This document shows positions 11,762-25,432 of a DNA stretch of 50,799 nt, piece by piece (the stretch's first letter is position 1; every line of letters starts with the position of its first letter). A model generated the notes under the pieces. The model did not search any database and was not told the DNA's origin. It saw nothing but the letters and a program-made list of their open reading frames with translations. The position numbers and the translations under genes were made by a program. Source of the stretch: Octopus bimaculoides. Lineage: Eukaryota. The DNA is taken from contig NC_068984.1 in assembly GCF_001194135.2 (NCBI RefSeq), forward strand, positions 67,389,570-67,440,368, given 5' to 3'.

Positions 11762-13756
11762 CACATACATACATACGCACATATACACACACACACACAG
11801 ATATATATAGTTTTATAGCTTGTGTATATATTATGCTAGCTTACAAATTTCACTGCTATAAACAGATAGAGAGATACTTGTTTGTGTTGGCTGATGGTTT
11901 GAGAGATAGATACTTCCTTCGCAATTTCATAGAATTATTGTAAAAATAGGTGCTTTTCACATTATTATATTCTTAAATGTTTGATACACCACATTCTCTC
12001 ATGTGTAGGGTTGATTTTATCGGCTTCCATAATATTAAATGGAGTATTAAGCAAAATAAGAAGACGCTCATGATTTCTAGTTTCATTTCCGTATGGTGTT
12101 AAAGATAATATTCTATATAAAGGAAAAACAAGATTGGGTTGAAAGAAGTGCTTTGAATTCTGATACAAATATTAATTTGAGAAACACCTTCTGTTTCTAA
12201 ATCTCCATCTATATTTCTTTATCTATTATTGATGCGCATTTATGGCATTAATACGATGTTTAATAGAAATCCTGTTTCATTCGTAATATCTTTCAAAAAT
12301 TGTACTGGCATTGCTATCAAAATGATTTCCGTTAAAATATCTTTTTATACTTGTCTTTCCGTTTTCTCAGGTTTTTCTGTGTATATACATGACATTTGTT
12401 AGAAATCTTAGTTCATAAAAAAATATCGTTACTACTTTAAAAATACAAGCTGTATATTCTCATACTTATTCGTGTTTAAGATAAGATATTATTACAATAG
12501 TTTAAGTTTTATTATTTTTATGTCCTGCATAATTCGCTTTACAGCCATAATTCTATCAGATTTGATCAGCAAACGAATACTCACAAGAGAATTCACACAG
12601 AAGATAATTTTATAGTTTATAGTAGAAACAAACTAAAAGTAGAGTTATTTAAAGTGTTTCACTGTTATTCAACACTAATTTATTTTTAATTTCAAAATAT
12701 ATTTAACTTTCCATATAGATTCATCGTGTTTTTACTGACGACATGAAGTGTAGGCATCAATGTTTATGTATTCTTGCTCACGTGTTTAGTAAAATTTATT
12801 TTTACACATGTACTAAGCATAAACATTTGGTAATAAATTCATTATAATACATTTTTTTCATAGTAACTATGCATAAAAATTTCATATTATATTTATCTTA
12901 CGTCTGATTTAATAATGCCATACTTAATAATTTCTATTTACCTACATATTTTAAAGTCAATTTTCAAAGCCCACTTACTAGCAAAATAGCATTAAGTGGA
13001 CGTAAAATGGAACAATATCATTATTACATGTAGAAAGCGTAAGTTTCAAGCAATACAGTATACGAAACTATTCCTTCAATGAAGTAATTTTGTGGTTATC
13101 ATTAGTAAAGGCTATTGAGCGGGGTCTTTAATTAGTGGCTTGACCGACTGGAAATTGCAGATATATTTCCAAACGATCACATACTCGACTCTTATAAAAG
13201 GCAGAGCACACTGGATAACGCAAAACATAAACATATTATACCAGAATAAGAATGGAGATCAAGCCTGCAAAAGTTCGCCCGTTCGATCAAAGATGGAGGA
13301 GTGTCATAAAATGTTTAGGTTGATAACAATTTGCTTCTTGTTTCTTTTTTGGTTCGTTATTATTAAATTATTTTTTTCTAATTCTGCTTAAATTGATTTT
13401 GGATTACATTGGTATAGAGTTGACTGAACGAAGGCCAGTTCTGTACTCATATAAATTAACTAAAATTACGACATATCTACAATAGTTAATATTAAGCTTA
13501 AACCAATATATATTCCGTATGGGAGTACGTGATAAACGAAGATGCCAAAAGCAGCATGCCAAACTGGATGTTATGTTTTAAATAGTTTCAAAAATTACTG
13601 TTTCAAGTTGCTCATTTGAAAACCTTCAAATGAGCGTTCTAAATAAAGAACCTTGATGTGAACGCTGAACCTGTTTGAAATATCAAGTAAAACTACCTTA
13701 AACAACACCGCATCAATTTAGGGAAGAATGCACACATTGAATAATTGATTAGTTCA

Positions 13757-13793
<37 letters not shown>

Positions 13794-14044
13794 ACTACCT
13801 GCGTCGTATTTGTTTTAGTCACCGTCATCAAATTTTGCTCATTATTCCCAGCAACTTCTTGCTGTTGGCACCACCAAAAGTGAACGACATTATGGCTAAA
13901 GGCGTGAAATTTGTAAAGATTTTTAGGGATGATAACTGAAGAGGGAAAAGTATGTCCATGTCTTGTGTGTGAATTTTCCGTTTGTTTCTTTTTCGTCATT
14001 TTGTTTAAGTTTTGAAAATCTCTCTCTCTTTCTCACTCTCCCTC

Positions 14045-14140
14045 TCACACACATATCTATCTATCTCTCTATCTACCTACCTACCTGTCTATCTATCTGT
14101 CTATCTACCTACCTACCTACCTACCTACCTATCTATCTAT
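14045..14140. repeat. (TATC)n/(TACC)n tetranucleotide microsatellite
   Basis: Direct reading: atctatctatct..acctacctacct. Confidence 0.9.
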
Positions 14141-17008
14141 CGATCTGTTTTCTAGCCTTCTAAGTAGGTATGGCCATGGATTAAATATTATTCACTATAT
14201 ACCTGGATAAATAAGATTAATCTGGATCACAACAACCATAACAAGTGCTTTTTAGGCAGTAATCGTCTCAACCTGAGAATGATAATCAAGGTTTTGTTGT
14301 GATACTTTCTATAGTATTATACCATGGGATATGATTCCCCAAACCCCACGAGACAAAATAAGTAACAGTAATTATATACAGGAACGTTTTGCCGTATATA
14401 CATTTTGATACAAGTAAAGAGCGAAGCGCTACCTCGTCCCACTATAATCTATAATTAGCGCTCAGTTTATCTTCCAATCCAAACCACACTGTCTTGAAGA
14501 AGGAAGGGGGACATTGAAGAGTATAATCCTACATATATCAGACCTGAACATAAATGTGATAATTTTGACAATATGTCTACTCAATAAGGGATAAACTGGG
14601 AGCACAATAACAACAGCAATTAAATTAATATTTTCTCACTAATTTCATTATTTTCTTTTTGTGTTTATTTTCGATTTGTTATGTGAAAATTATCTAGAGA
14701 ATATATTTCAGAAAGTCTTGACATATTCTAGAAAATAGTTGATTTGAATATAAAATTAAAATAAGACGATAAATTAATTTTATTGTATGAGATCAGGTGC
14801 GTCTGAGTAAATATTAATTGTATAAAATTAAAAAATATTCAACAATAATTGTGAATTACAGCTCCTTAATAAGAAAGGATGTTTCAACAAATTAATTATT
14901 TTCTTCGTGTTGGGTTTAATACTTCACCCTTTAACTTAATTATCCAAATTCATGTCACTGGTAGATTTAACTTATTTTATTCTTTAGTTATGCAAATTTT
15001 ACTCGACAAAAATATTCGTTATTCGTTTGAAAATGATAACTTTATTTCAACGATGTGCAGGTTTTGTTGAGCTATGCAGTGTTGGTATAACAGACATATT
15101 TTGGTTTAATAGACAACAACCTGTCCATCGCTAGTAGAAAAAGCTGTCCATCGCTAGAAGACAAAGAAGACATGATCGTTTGCTCTATGTAGATAAATTA
15201 ACTTGAGGAATTCTTAATTACTTGAAAGTTATTTCTATTTTTTTCTGGGTGAATTTTTAACAATTGCCGCCAGGGATTTATCTTCTTCATCCAAATGATT
15301 ATGAATATTTTGGCAAACATATTCAATACACTATTTCTTTTCTGAATTTTTAACTTCGATTTCTGATATCTGGAAAATCTGGTAAATTTTAACAAAACTG
15401 CAAACAAAATGAGTGGTTGTTATGAAGATATTACTTAGTTTTCTGAAATTAACACCACTGCATTCTATTTTGAAGTAAGTCTAAAATATAAATGGACGCC
15501 TTTTTTTAAATATGTAATTATGTAATGGATAACAATTGGCTCGGGAATATCGAAAGCCGTAGATGAAACATTCGTTTGTGAATGTTTGTGCATGATGATT
15601 TAAAACAAGATTGAATGATCCATATCAAACAGCCAACCCCATCGGATTGATAAGAGTAAACGAGGGAGACTTTTATGTGGTAATTCATATTCTCAAAATA
15701 GCAGGCACCTCTTCTTCCTTCACCAGACCATGAAGTATTAAAATTCGAAAGATATATTGGATAATTTATTTCTATATTCCTCTTGAGAACACACTGATCC
15801 CTTCAAGAATGCTATTCTTTATAGATCTTTTCTAACAAGTCTAACTTTGGTCTAATCAAGATCATCCAAGCCTATATGATAAAGTTAACATTAAGATAGT
15901 TGCTTAACTTGCGAGAAATAGCAAGTAAACCTTTTTAAAGTTACACATTCTAAATTTTTAAATAGAAAAGTAACAATAACGTCAGCAAGTAGGGCTGATT
16001 TGTGGGTAAACACTAGAACTGAGCCATAATGACTCAATCAGCAGTTGAGAACATTGATCTTATGTTAATCTTAAAAATCAACAACGTGACACAACTTCTT
16101 TCATATCAAATATACAACGCTATCTGTCTTCAAGGCGTCTTCATATAAATGTTGTGTAATACCAGAGCATTTTCTCGAGGGAAAACTTCACGAAGAAATG
16201 GAAAAATGAAATTTCAAGCTCTGACACTCAGATGGATTACGTTATTGATCGTAACGAACGGTATCTCAATCTTCTCTGAAATGGAATTATTAACATTCTT
16301 CGGAGTTGAAATTCGCTACGCCAAGTGCAGTCATTTGTTGAGCGAAGGAGCTACATTTTTTGGCCATGGTGAAGAACAGATGGAATAATATAACTTTACC
16401 ATCGCGAAAACAGTAACAGGATACTCTCCGAGATCCCTACAAGGTGTTTTGATTGTGATAGTTACAACACAGCAAAAGATAAATCAAATCAATATATAAG
16501 AGTTTAATCACCTTAAAAAAAATATCTTACCATTGTTCATAACATTTAAATTGACAGGCCATGTAAAATCAAATGTACGTTTTGAAGGCCGATGAAATAT
16601 GACACAACTCCAGATATGCGAAAATTAATCTAATATGAAATAAGGAGTTAGATACAAAAGTAAATTTGATAATTCCTTCGAGCTCCAAACTTTATGTCAA
16701 TAATTAAATCAAGCTGTGAACTTATACGGCGTCCATATAGAACATTGCTACACTTCCTTAAAATCATATGTTAAAACTAATAGCTAATTATGCTGTTATG
16801 ATAAAAAAAATCATTAAAATGCGATTTTCTCATTAACGAATTAATCAATAAATTCTAATCTGTCAATATCATTTCACAAATGCACACACATACTTAGACG
16901 CACATGCGCGTAGCTACATCCATATATATGATTCTAGTGAATATACATCTACAAATATGTAATGTAAATATATGTAAATACATGAAATATATATATGCAC
17001 ATATGCAT

Positions 17009-17054
<46 letters not shown>

Positions 17055-17312
17055 ACATATATAAGCTTGTGTGTATGTATTTATGTATGAATGTACTCAT
17101 ATGTGTTCATGTTCAATGATATATGTAGACATTTAAAAATTGGTAGAACATTCATTTCGACCTGTAGATTATCAATTGCTAACGATCACTGGGCCAAGTT
17201 TTCAATGAAATCATGAAATATAAAGCTACACTTGTAACGTATATTGACAACAACATTTGATAGTATTCACTTCAATAGAACCGAATATCTATAGCGATAA
17301 CACATTATAGCA

Positions 17313-17346
<34 letters not shown>

Positions 17347-17761
17347 GATATCTATTTCAAATATACAAAAACGATTATAATTTAATACATTTTGTTTCGC
17401 TTGCTCTNNNNNNNNNNTTTCTTTCCCCCCCCCCCGATACTTCCAAAACTTTTGTGTATGTAATATTGTATGTAATTGTCAATCATTCTTTTGATAATGT
17501 TTAAGAAGAAACAACTGTATTTTAAAAAAAAATTACCCGTAAAGACACATGCACACATGCTGTTGTAAAAAGAAAAAAAAAGACTGAAAAAATGACGTTC
17601 CTTCTATGTGAACATATATATTTGTGGAAGCATAGATCTACTACACAATATTATCTTTCAAGAGAACAACTCCAAAAACTAACAGTGTGCAGCTTACCAC
17701 TTACTCAACTTTTGAACAACATTTATTTAAAGGTAATCTTTATATCTGAGGAAAACACTTA

Positions 17762-18203
17762 TTTGTGATATTGGTTTTTAATTTTTGAGACAAGACCAGC
17801 AATCTCAGGGAGCAGTAAGTCGACTACATCCACCCCAGTGATCAGTTGTTACTTATTTTATTGACTCCCGAGATGATGAAAAGCAAATTCGACCTCGGTG
17901 GAACTTGAACACAGAGCGTAAACACCGACAACGTATTGTTAAACATCTTACCCGGTGGAGTAACAATTCTGCCAACTCGCTGCCTTAAATTGACTTGTGA
18001 TATTGGTTTCAAATTCTGGCACTGCGGCACCAATAAATCGACTATATCGACCCTAGTGCTCCACTAGTATTTATTTTATCGACCATGAAGGGATGAAAGA
18101 CAAAGTAGACTTTGGTGGAATTTGAACTCAGAACGTAAGGACGGACGAAATATTGTTAAGCACTTTGCCCGCCGGAGTAATAATTCTGCCAGCTCACCGC
18201 CTT
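17762..18203 (-). mobile_element. Two tandem SINE family A units
   Basis: Reverse complement of the 1-410 core, present twice (ending ~17986 and ~18203). Each unit has the 5' end aaggc(a/g)g(c/t)gag(t/c)tggcagaatt.ttactcc. Confidence 0.85.
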
Positions 18204-18294
18204 AAACTTACTTGTAATAGTGCTGAATAATCAGCTTGTTTCCTCTTAAAATTATTATTATTATTATTATTATTATTAACCACTATGCTATATG

Positions 18295-18548
18295 CTCACG
18301 GGCATCTGGCATAGTGGTAAAGAGCATGGGGTACTAACCCCAAGATACCGAGTTCGATTCCAGGCAGTGACCTGAATAATAATGATGATAATAATAATAA
18401 TAACATTCAAAAATACCTTAGGAATGAGAACCCAGATTCGAAATTTCCCCAAGACACCTGATGAAGGTTGGAGGGTATATCAGCCGAAACGTTGTGTTAA
18501 CAACAAACAAGAAGAGGACAAATATCCGTGAAATGTAAATAATGTAAA
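18295..18548 (+). mobile_element. tRNA-headed SINE-like element with (TAA)n linker and PLE-type hammerhead tail
   Basis: A box TGGCATAGTGG (18307-18317), anticodon-like stem TGGGG-tactaa-CCCCA, B box GAGTTCGATTCC (18350-18361), TAA-rich tract 18375-18403, then the CTGATGA...GAAAC motif. Confidence 0.75.
18453..18498 (+). ncRNA. Minimal type I hammerhead ribozyme-like motif
   Basis: Helix I GACAC/GUGUU; core CUGAUGA plus one extra A; helix II GGUUG/CAGCC with a 10-nt loop; GAAA; palindromic ACGU as helix III; predicted cleavage triplet GUU. Folded by eye; activity untested. Confidence 0.6.
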
Positions 18549-20515
18549 CTAATATATTGATTAGCGGAATGAACGATACGATCAAGTCAGCATGAAATAA
18601 TTCAGAGTCGGATATCCATCTGCTTAAATTATAGTAGAAACTTCACAAAAATTTATTGCCTTGTGTTTTAGAACTTTTTCACTAATAAAATGGTAACATC
18701 AAACACAATTTGAAATTACATTCTAGTTAACTAAATTAAATAGTTGAGCAAGACAGATTCCTGATTGATGACATCTAATTATATTCATTTCACTCTAGAA
18801 TGTGTTCGGGCATATGTCTACCAGCAGAAACGTTACTATTTTTTCGGGTTCTTTTCAGATTGGTTTCTTACCGTCCAGCGCTTCTGACAATGACAGGTAA
18901 ATAGACAGCTTTGTAAACCTTTCTGTAGGGAGATGTTAGATGACAAGGATAAATTCACTTTCTATAATGGAGGTTTCCTGGAATGAAATAGATTCTCACA
19001 ACTCAAATTTCTAGAGCACAATCTAAATATCTGCTATTGTTCAATAAGATGTAATTGCTTATTGGGTTATTGGGCTAATGAATCAGTTATAAATGTGAAA
19101 TACATTGTAAGATAGACATAGAGGAGATTCGAAGTTAGTTGTATTGAACACACCATACAATGCTAGGCAAAATAAACCACAATATATCGCATGTCTTCAG
19201 GTTCTGTGTCTTGTCTACGTGTACGTTACTCTCACACGGTAAACATATCGCTTAAATCAACGAATGGCGTGTATAAATGAAAAACGATAATTAACTGAAA
19301 TTATGATACGTGGGATGTAGCTAATATTTCACACACGTTCATTAAAAACACGTGAGACGTGCAAATCCAATCCCATGTTGAATATATATTGGTTCCCGTT
19401 TCATTTGGTGACACAAATTACATATATTAAACTACGCGTTCTGCAATTATCATGGTTTAAAGTACTTCTAAACTTTAAAACTAAAGTGAAACCTGAGATG
19501 CGATATGGCTAACAATGATTTTGGAATTTATAAGACTTGGTTCATAAACTCACTGATGAACATATCAAATATCACGTTTCCGCGTATTTGTTCATATTAC
19601 AAATAAGTCAAATGTGCAGTTTGTTGCAGATTTGTATGAGAGGCACGTAAAAATGCTGTTTCCAGCAGCAACAATTTTATCTGCAAATGAACGGATGGTT
19701 CAAAAAAAAATTCTTCTGCTTAATAAGCGTATATGAAAAGTCTAAAGTTCTATGAGCAGTAGTAATCAAGCTTGGTATGCTTGTTACTTAAACGAAGTTG
19801 TATCTTTTAGAGCAAGAACAATTCTAGTAATTAAATATGTAAATTAGCTAATTATATATTTAAATATCAAATACGCAAATGTCGGTACATTTTCTTTTCA
19901 TATTTTTAATTCTTCCATAATACTGCCATATTTTACGATGCTTCTATGAAATTACATTGCTCTACTTGTTAATCTGTAACACATAGCTTCAATAAAATAT
20001 ATTGAAGTACAACTGCTGTTTACTTTTCTTTGATATTTCCCATAATATAAATATTTGAGTTCACTTGTAGAAATCCTAGACTTTAAATTTAGAACGATTT
20101 ACAATGCTTTTTTTTCCAATCGATCAATAAACTAGGCAAGAACTTTTAGACGTATACAGGAAGTGCATCACCATTAACTTTAGCACTGAAGAACACTCCA
20201 TTTGTTTCAACGAGAGTTTCTAAATGTGATGCAGCTGATGTATGCGTTCTCACCACGTAGAATCAGGTAAGTTGTCGGGTAACATAAACATTAAACATAA
20301 AGCATCTTTTAGAATATAATTATGCATAAACCACTGTTTTCGAAGCTGGTTGTAATATGAAATTCACAATAAAAAAAATGAGGGAAGAATAAAGTCATAT
20401 CTCCTTTTACTTGGTCGCAAACAATATTTTAATTTTCAAACAATCTTCAAATGTTTAGACCCGTGTATTTTTTTTTATGAGTGGGTGTGATTTTGAGTGT
20501 GTATGTGTGTGTGAA

Positions 20516-20517
<2 letters not shown>

Positions 20518-20590
<73 letters not shown>

Positions 20591-20645
20591 AAGAGAGAGA
20601 AAGAAAGAGAGAGAGAGAAACAGACAGACAGACAGACAGAAACAG
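20518..20645. repeat. Compound (TA)n(GA)n(GACA)n microsatellite
   Basis: Direct reading. Confidence 0.95.
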
Positions 20646-22069
20646 AGGGGGAGACATACCAGGCTTAGTTTCCCTTGAAACAATAAACAAATAAACAATA
20701 AACGAGTTAAAATGTAGTTGATATGTTTACCTGAATACCTAAATTGTTCGTTAGAGATATGCCATAACACAGTGATAATATGTGTTCAATGAAGGAGTTG
20801 GTAACGCGTAATGTAATCAATATAAAATCTATATAAATCAATAAATGAACAACCTTTCTGAACTAAGGTATAATTTATAAAACATGTGTATATACTTGTG
20901 ATTTGAACTTTTCTAATGAAAATGCAGTAGTGAATGTCTAACAGCGTGAGTGCATTTTCTGATCAGATTTTGTTACAGATAGTGTAGCATGGCTCTAAGC
21001 TAAGAAATTTTACTCCATTTAAAGTTGCTCAACTATCTAAAAAATTGGTGCCAATTTGTCTGGTTTGTTGAACTGTAAAAGAATGAGATTCTATATAAAG
21101 CCTTTCCAGCTATCTAAATAATGCAAATGAAACAAGAGATTATCTCTGATAAATATACACTGTATATTTAGAAATTACATTACTTCATGCTAATTAAATC
21201 AATCCCAAGGCTAAATCTGTAAATGATTAATATAATTTTATTCAATAATGTAAGGAAGTTAGTTGAATAGTTGCAACAATAGTGCGACGCACTATTCACT
21301 AGTAGCTCTTTGCATTATGCACTCAAATATATCTCGCATCAGCTGTAGTAAATAAATACCAGACTTCCACTGGTATAATTTCAAGTGTCTATTAATCTAG
21401 CACGAGTGTCTAACATTCTGCTAAATTAGGAAAGTAATTAAAAAAGTAACATACTTACGTTCGAAACATATATTTACAAATAGTGTTCATGCAATATCTC
21501 TTTTGCTCTAATATATCAGCTGAACATAGACGTATATCAGGAAAACTTGTTAGTTGAGGACTTACAAGATAATGTAAAATATTATATAAATACGAGCAAA
21601 TTTTGAGCTCTGATGAGAAAGGCTTGTGGGATGAATTTTCCATTAATTAAACGATTGATTGATTGAACAATTATATGTACAAATCACTGTATGATGTAGA
21701 TACGGTTATGCAAACGTTTTGAAGTGTAAGAATATCATTCTTTATTCTTTTCTTTGTCTGATTACTGTCAGACGCTGTGATTAATGTACTAACATACTCA
21801 TTGGCGGATAGCATCAGATTCGCAGTTTCTACCTTTCACAAGACATATTTAACCTACATTAATTACTACTTTTTAACTAGTATTGTTTCTTCGGTTATTC
21901 GCATGTAGTACTAAAGTATGAGTATATGCATATATATGTACATGTATGTACATACCTTCATGTACATGTATATATAGATGCATATCAGGGTACATGACGT
22001 TGCAAAGAAACATGGACAAAATGATATGTGTGTGTTTGTGTGTGTATATATCTACATGCATATATTTTT

Positions 22070-22255
22070 TTTTATTTGTTTCAGGCCTTTGACTGCAGCC
22101 ATGCTGGAGCACCGTCTTTAGTCGAACAAATCGACCCCAAGACTTATTCTATCGGTATCTTTTGCGGAACCGGTAAGTTACGGGAACGTAAACACACCAA
22201 CATCGGTCGTCAAAGCAAAGGCGGGGAGACAATCAGTTATACAAACACATACCTG
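22070..22255 (-). mobile_element. SINE family B, 3' fragment
   Basis: gcagccatgctggagcaccgtctttagtcgaacaaatcgaccccaagacttattctatcgg..aagttacgggaacgtaaacacacc, matching 3348-3550 with an internal deletion. Confidence 0.85.
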
Positions 22256-22261
22256 TGTGTG

Positions 22262-22292
<31 letters not shown>

Positions 22293-22706
22293 TTATTAAT
22301 ATTTCTAAGTCTCTCTAAAGGAGACTACGACAGCGGTACTGGAAATTAATGTNNNNNNNNNNNNNNNNNNNNNNNNNNNNNNNNNNNNNNNNNNNNNNNN
22401 NNNNNNNNNNNNNNNNNNNNNNNNNNNNNNNNNNNNNNNNNNNNNNNNNNNNNNNNNNNNNNNNNNNNNNNNNNNNNNNNNNNNNNNNNNNNNNNNNNNN
22501 NNNNNNNNNNNNNNNNNNNNNNNNNNNNNNNNNNNNNNNNNNNNNNNNNNNNNNNNNNNNNNNNNNNNNNNNNNNNNNNNNNNNNNNNNNNNNNNNNNNN
22601 NNNNNNNNNNNNNNNNNNNNNNNNNNNNNNNNNNNNNNNNNNNNNNNNTATATATATATATATATATGTATGTATATATATATACACATATATATATGTG
22701 TGTGTG

Positions 22707-22737
<31 letters not shown>

Positions 22738-23702
22738 TTATTAATATTTCTAAGTCTCTCTAAAGGAGACTACGACAGCGGTACTGGAAATTAATGTTTT
22801 ACTCGTTTCAGCCATATATATCTATAATTTACTGTTCCGCTAAGGTTAGATCAAGAAACGAGTACTCTTTCCGTTGAGAAATAAATATCATGTAACGAAT
22901 ACAGTATAAACATACGAGCTACTAACAGTTTCTTGCTTGAAGACGCGGGTCTGGGCAAGTTTTAGTAACACGCTCGTATTTTTATATTGCGTACGTTAAA
23001 TGATATAATGATATATGTGTGTGTGTATTTACATGAAATTAAATGAAAAGCCTAGCATCAAACAGAGATTTCTCACCGCTTTTTTGTATTAAATTTAAAA
23101 AATCTTTCTGAACATTCCTAGACATGTTAAGAATACATATTTATGAACTTCTTTTATAAGAAAAAGTTTGTTCGAAGTTCCGGCTTGCTCGCCTCTATCG
23201 GATTGTCTGCTGAAATCAAGCAAGTCTGTAATACAAATTCTCTGTCAAAGATTTGAAACTAACCGCTTATAAACTCCCCCATCACAGGAGGCACATATAC
23301 GTTCCTACACACACAGACAGACAGACACACGCACACTCACACACACACAAACACCCACCCACATACACATACGCATATACACGCGCACACATATACGCAT
23401 ATACAAACACACACGCAGACAGAGACATATCTTTGGTAAGTCTATAAAGTACATGTCATATACATGCGGATGAGAAAGCTAATTTATATAGTTTACAAAT
23501 ATTGTACGTTATTTTTCAATTATATTTCAGTTCTCGTGCTTGAGCTCAAACCAAAGAACAAATTCTTCGGAATATTCAACCCAGTCCAAATAGTGTCGCT
23601 CCACGCAGGAACGGCTTTACTGGCTAATGCTATTGTGCGGGACAACAAACCATTGCAGATATTTTAACATGGAGAATTCGGCTATCTAATGGAGGACAGT
23701 GT

Positions 23703-23748
<46 letters not shown>

Positions 23749-24190
23749 TGGATCGGAAAATGAATAACAAACATTTTAAACGTTCTGCAGAAGTGAGACA
23801 TGCATCCTTGATTATTACGGACATTTGGCTAAAAGCAAACAAAAACAAAACAAACCAACACAGTGATAAATGAATCATCTCCAAGCATTGTTTAAAGGGA
23901 CCGAATAGTAGAACAAATGGCACCAAATTTGTGCCCTACAACAGTGAAGCTTCCACCGACACGTATTTTGCTAGTCGGCTCTACCTTTCCGTGTAGAGAA
24001 TATACACACTTGTTTTCTTGCATTAGGCGCCTCCGTATTGTTTCTTTTCAATGGTCCCTGTATTGAGATGTACACTGTATAAAAAATATGCAGTTTCGCA
24101 ACGCGGTCAGGTAAATGCAAGTGTTAATCAGAGTAATCTGGTTAGCTGAACATTTTGAGTGTTCTCTGTGGCGTGTTTTTTCGGTTCAAG

Positions 24191-24261
24191 CAGTATCTTG
24201 AACTGATCGCCGAATCCTGTTATCACAAATCAATCCGTGACACTCGTAATAGGACCCTCAG
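24191..24261 (+). CDS. Candidate short internal exon, unknown protein
   Basis: Acceptor ttttttcggttcaag, donor CAG|gtgagc, open frame QYLELIAESCYHKSIRDTRNRTL. No homology recognised. Confidence 0.12.
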
Positions 24262-25140
24262 GTGAGCGTACCCTATTATCTCGAATCAGTGATGATTGAA
24301 TCGGTGATAAAGGAGGCTAAGCTAAGCACAGTATCAACTAATATACAACTCAAGTTGAGCGATATCATTATAATAAACGATATATTAATACGTCAAAAGT
24401 CCTGTTTTCTAAAAGATTTCATTAATATATAAAGAAAATATTCGCCTTACATTTTATTTATAAGCTCACCATATTTAAAAGCTACAGCCAAATAAATATC
24501 AAACTGAAGAAATTGTTCCAATTTAAAATTCTAATTACACATTTCTCTTTCGTGCAGTCAGTCATTACATTTTATGTTGCAATTCAGGAATAATTCTCGA
24601 CCTAATCTAATAAAATTTAATTACAAGACTATTAACTTGCACATCATTCTATTGCCTTTTGACTCGAACTAATCTACTGCAAAGCTACACTAATACAAAC
24701 ACACATAAACATCTCTCTCTCCCTCCCTCTCCCTCTCCTTCCCCCTCTCTCTCTCTCCCTCCCCATCTCTCTCTCTATATATATGTATATATATATATAT
24801 TTTTTTTTTTTACATATCTGAATACTTCATTTTACATATGTGTACATTATGTGCATACATTATTTGTATTAGTATATTGAGGATCGTTCAGTCGTTTCAC
24901 CTATTTCCTTTACCTGGCTGCAGCTCTAAATAATTAGTAATTTGTGACTGATCACTCAGAATTAAATTTACTTCGTTGAGATAAATTCAGATATGCGTTG
25001 TGAAAAACAGTGATTANNNNNNNNNNNNNNNNNNNNNNNNNNNNNNNNNNNNNNNNNNNNNNNNNNNNNNNNNNNNNNNNNNNNNNNNNNNNNNNNNNNN
25101 NNNNNNNNNNNNNNNATATATATAATAATAATAATAATAA

Positions 25141-25432
25141 AGGTAACTCGAATGTGAAATCTAAAAACAAACAATTCCTATCATAGTAGGTGCCTTAGGT
25201 ATAATAAAAAAAATATTTAGACAAATACATAACAAAAACACCAGGACTTACAAATATATATAACATACAGAAAATTGCACTACTGGGTACTGCACACATC
25301 CTACGCAAAACACTTTCAATACAGTAACCATAAGAGCATCACAGCAAACCACAGCACATACCCAAGGCACACAGAGCTGCGCTCGGTAGTGAAGTGAAAG
25401 CACGTTATAAAAATAAAAATAAAACTACTCAA
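25141..25432 (+). mobile_element. 3' end of an R4/Dong-clade (RLE) non-LTR retrotransposon, strongly 5'-truncated
   Basis: With frameshifts it translates to TIPIIVGALGIIKK / YLDKYITKTPGLTNIYNIQKIALLGTAHILRKTLSIQ* (stop 25325-25327), the typical C-terminus of the R4/Dong RLE domain. A ~100-bp 3' UTR follows. (TAA)n on both sides. Confidence 0.85.

Noticed and set aside
15121-15157. ctgtccatcgctag repeated twice
   Set aside because: Only two copies with a 9-nt gap. This is a slippage duplication, not an array; no CRISPR-like structure exists anywhere in the window.
16149-16388. 79-aa ORF with a hydrophobic stretch
   Set aside because: No recognisable domain or splice context; the length is attainable by chance.
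18301-18372. tRNA-like fold with A and B boxes as a functional tRNA gene
   Set aside because: The anticodon loop is 6 nt, the acceptor stem does not pair, and it continues into a repeat body. It is a SINE head.
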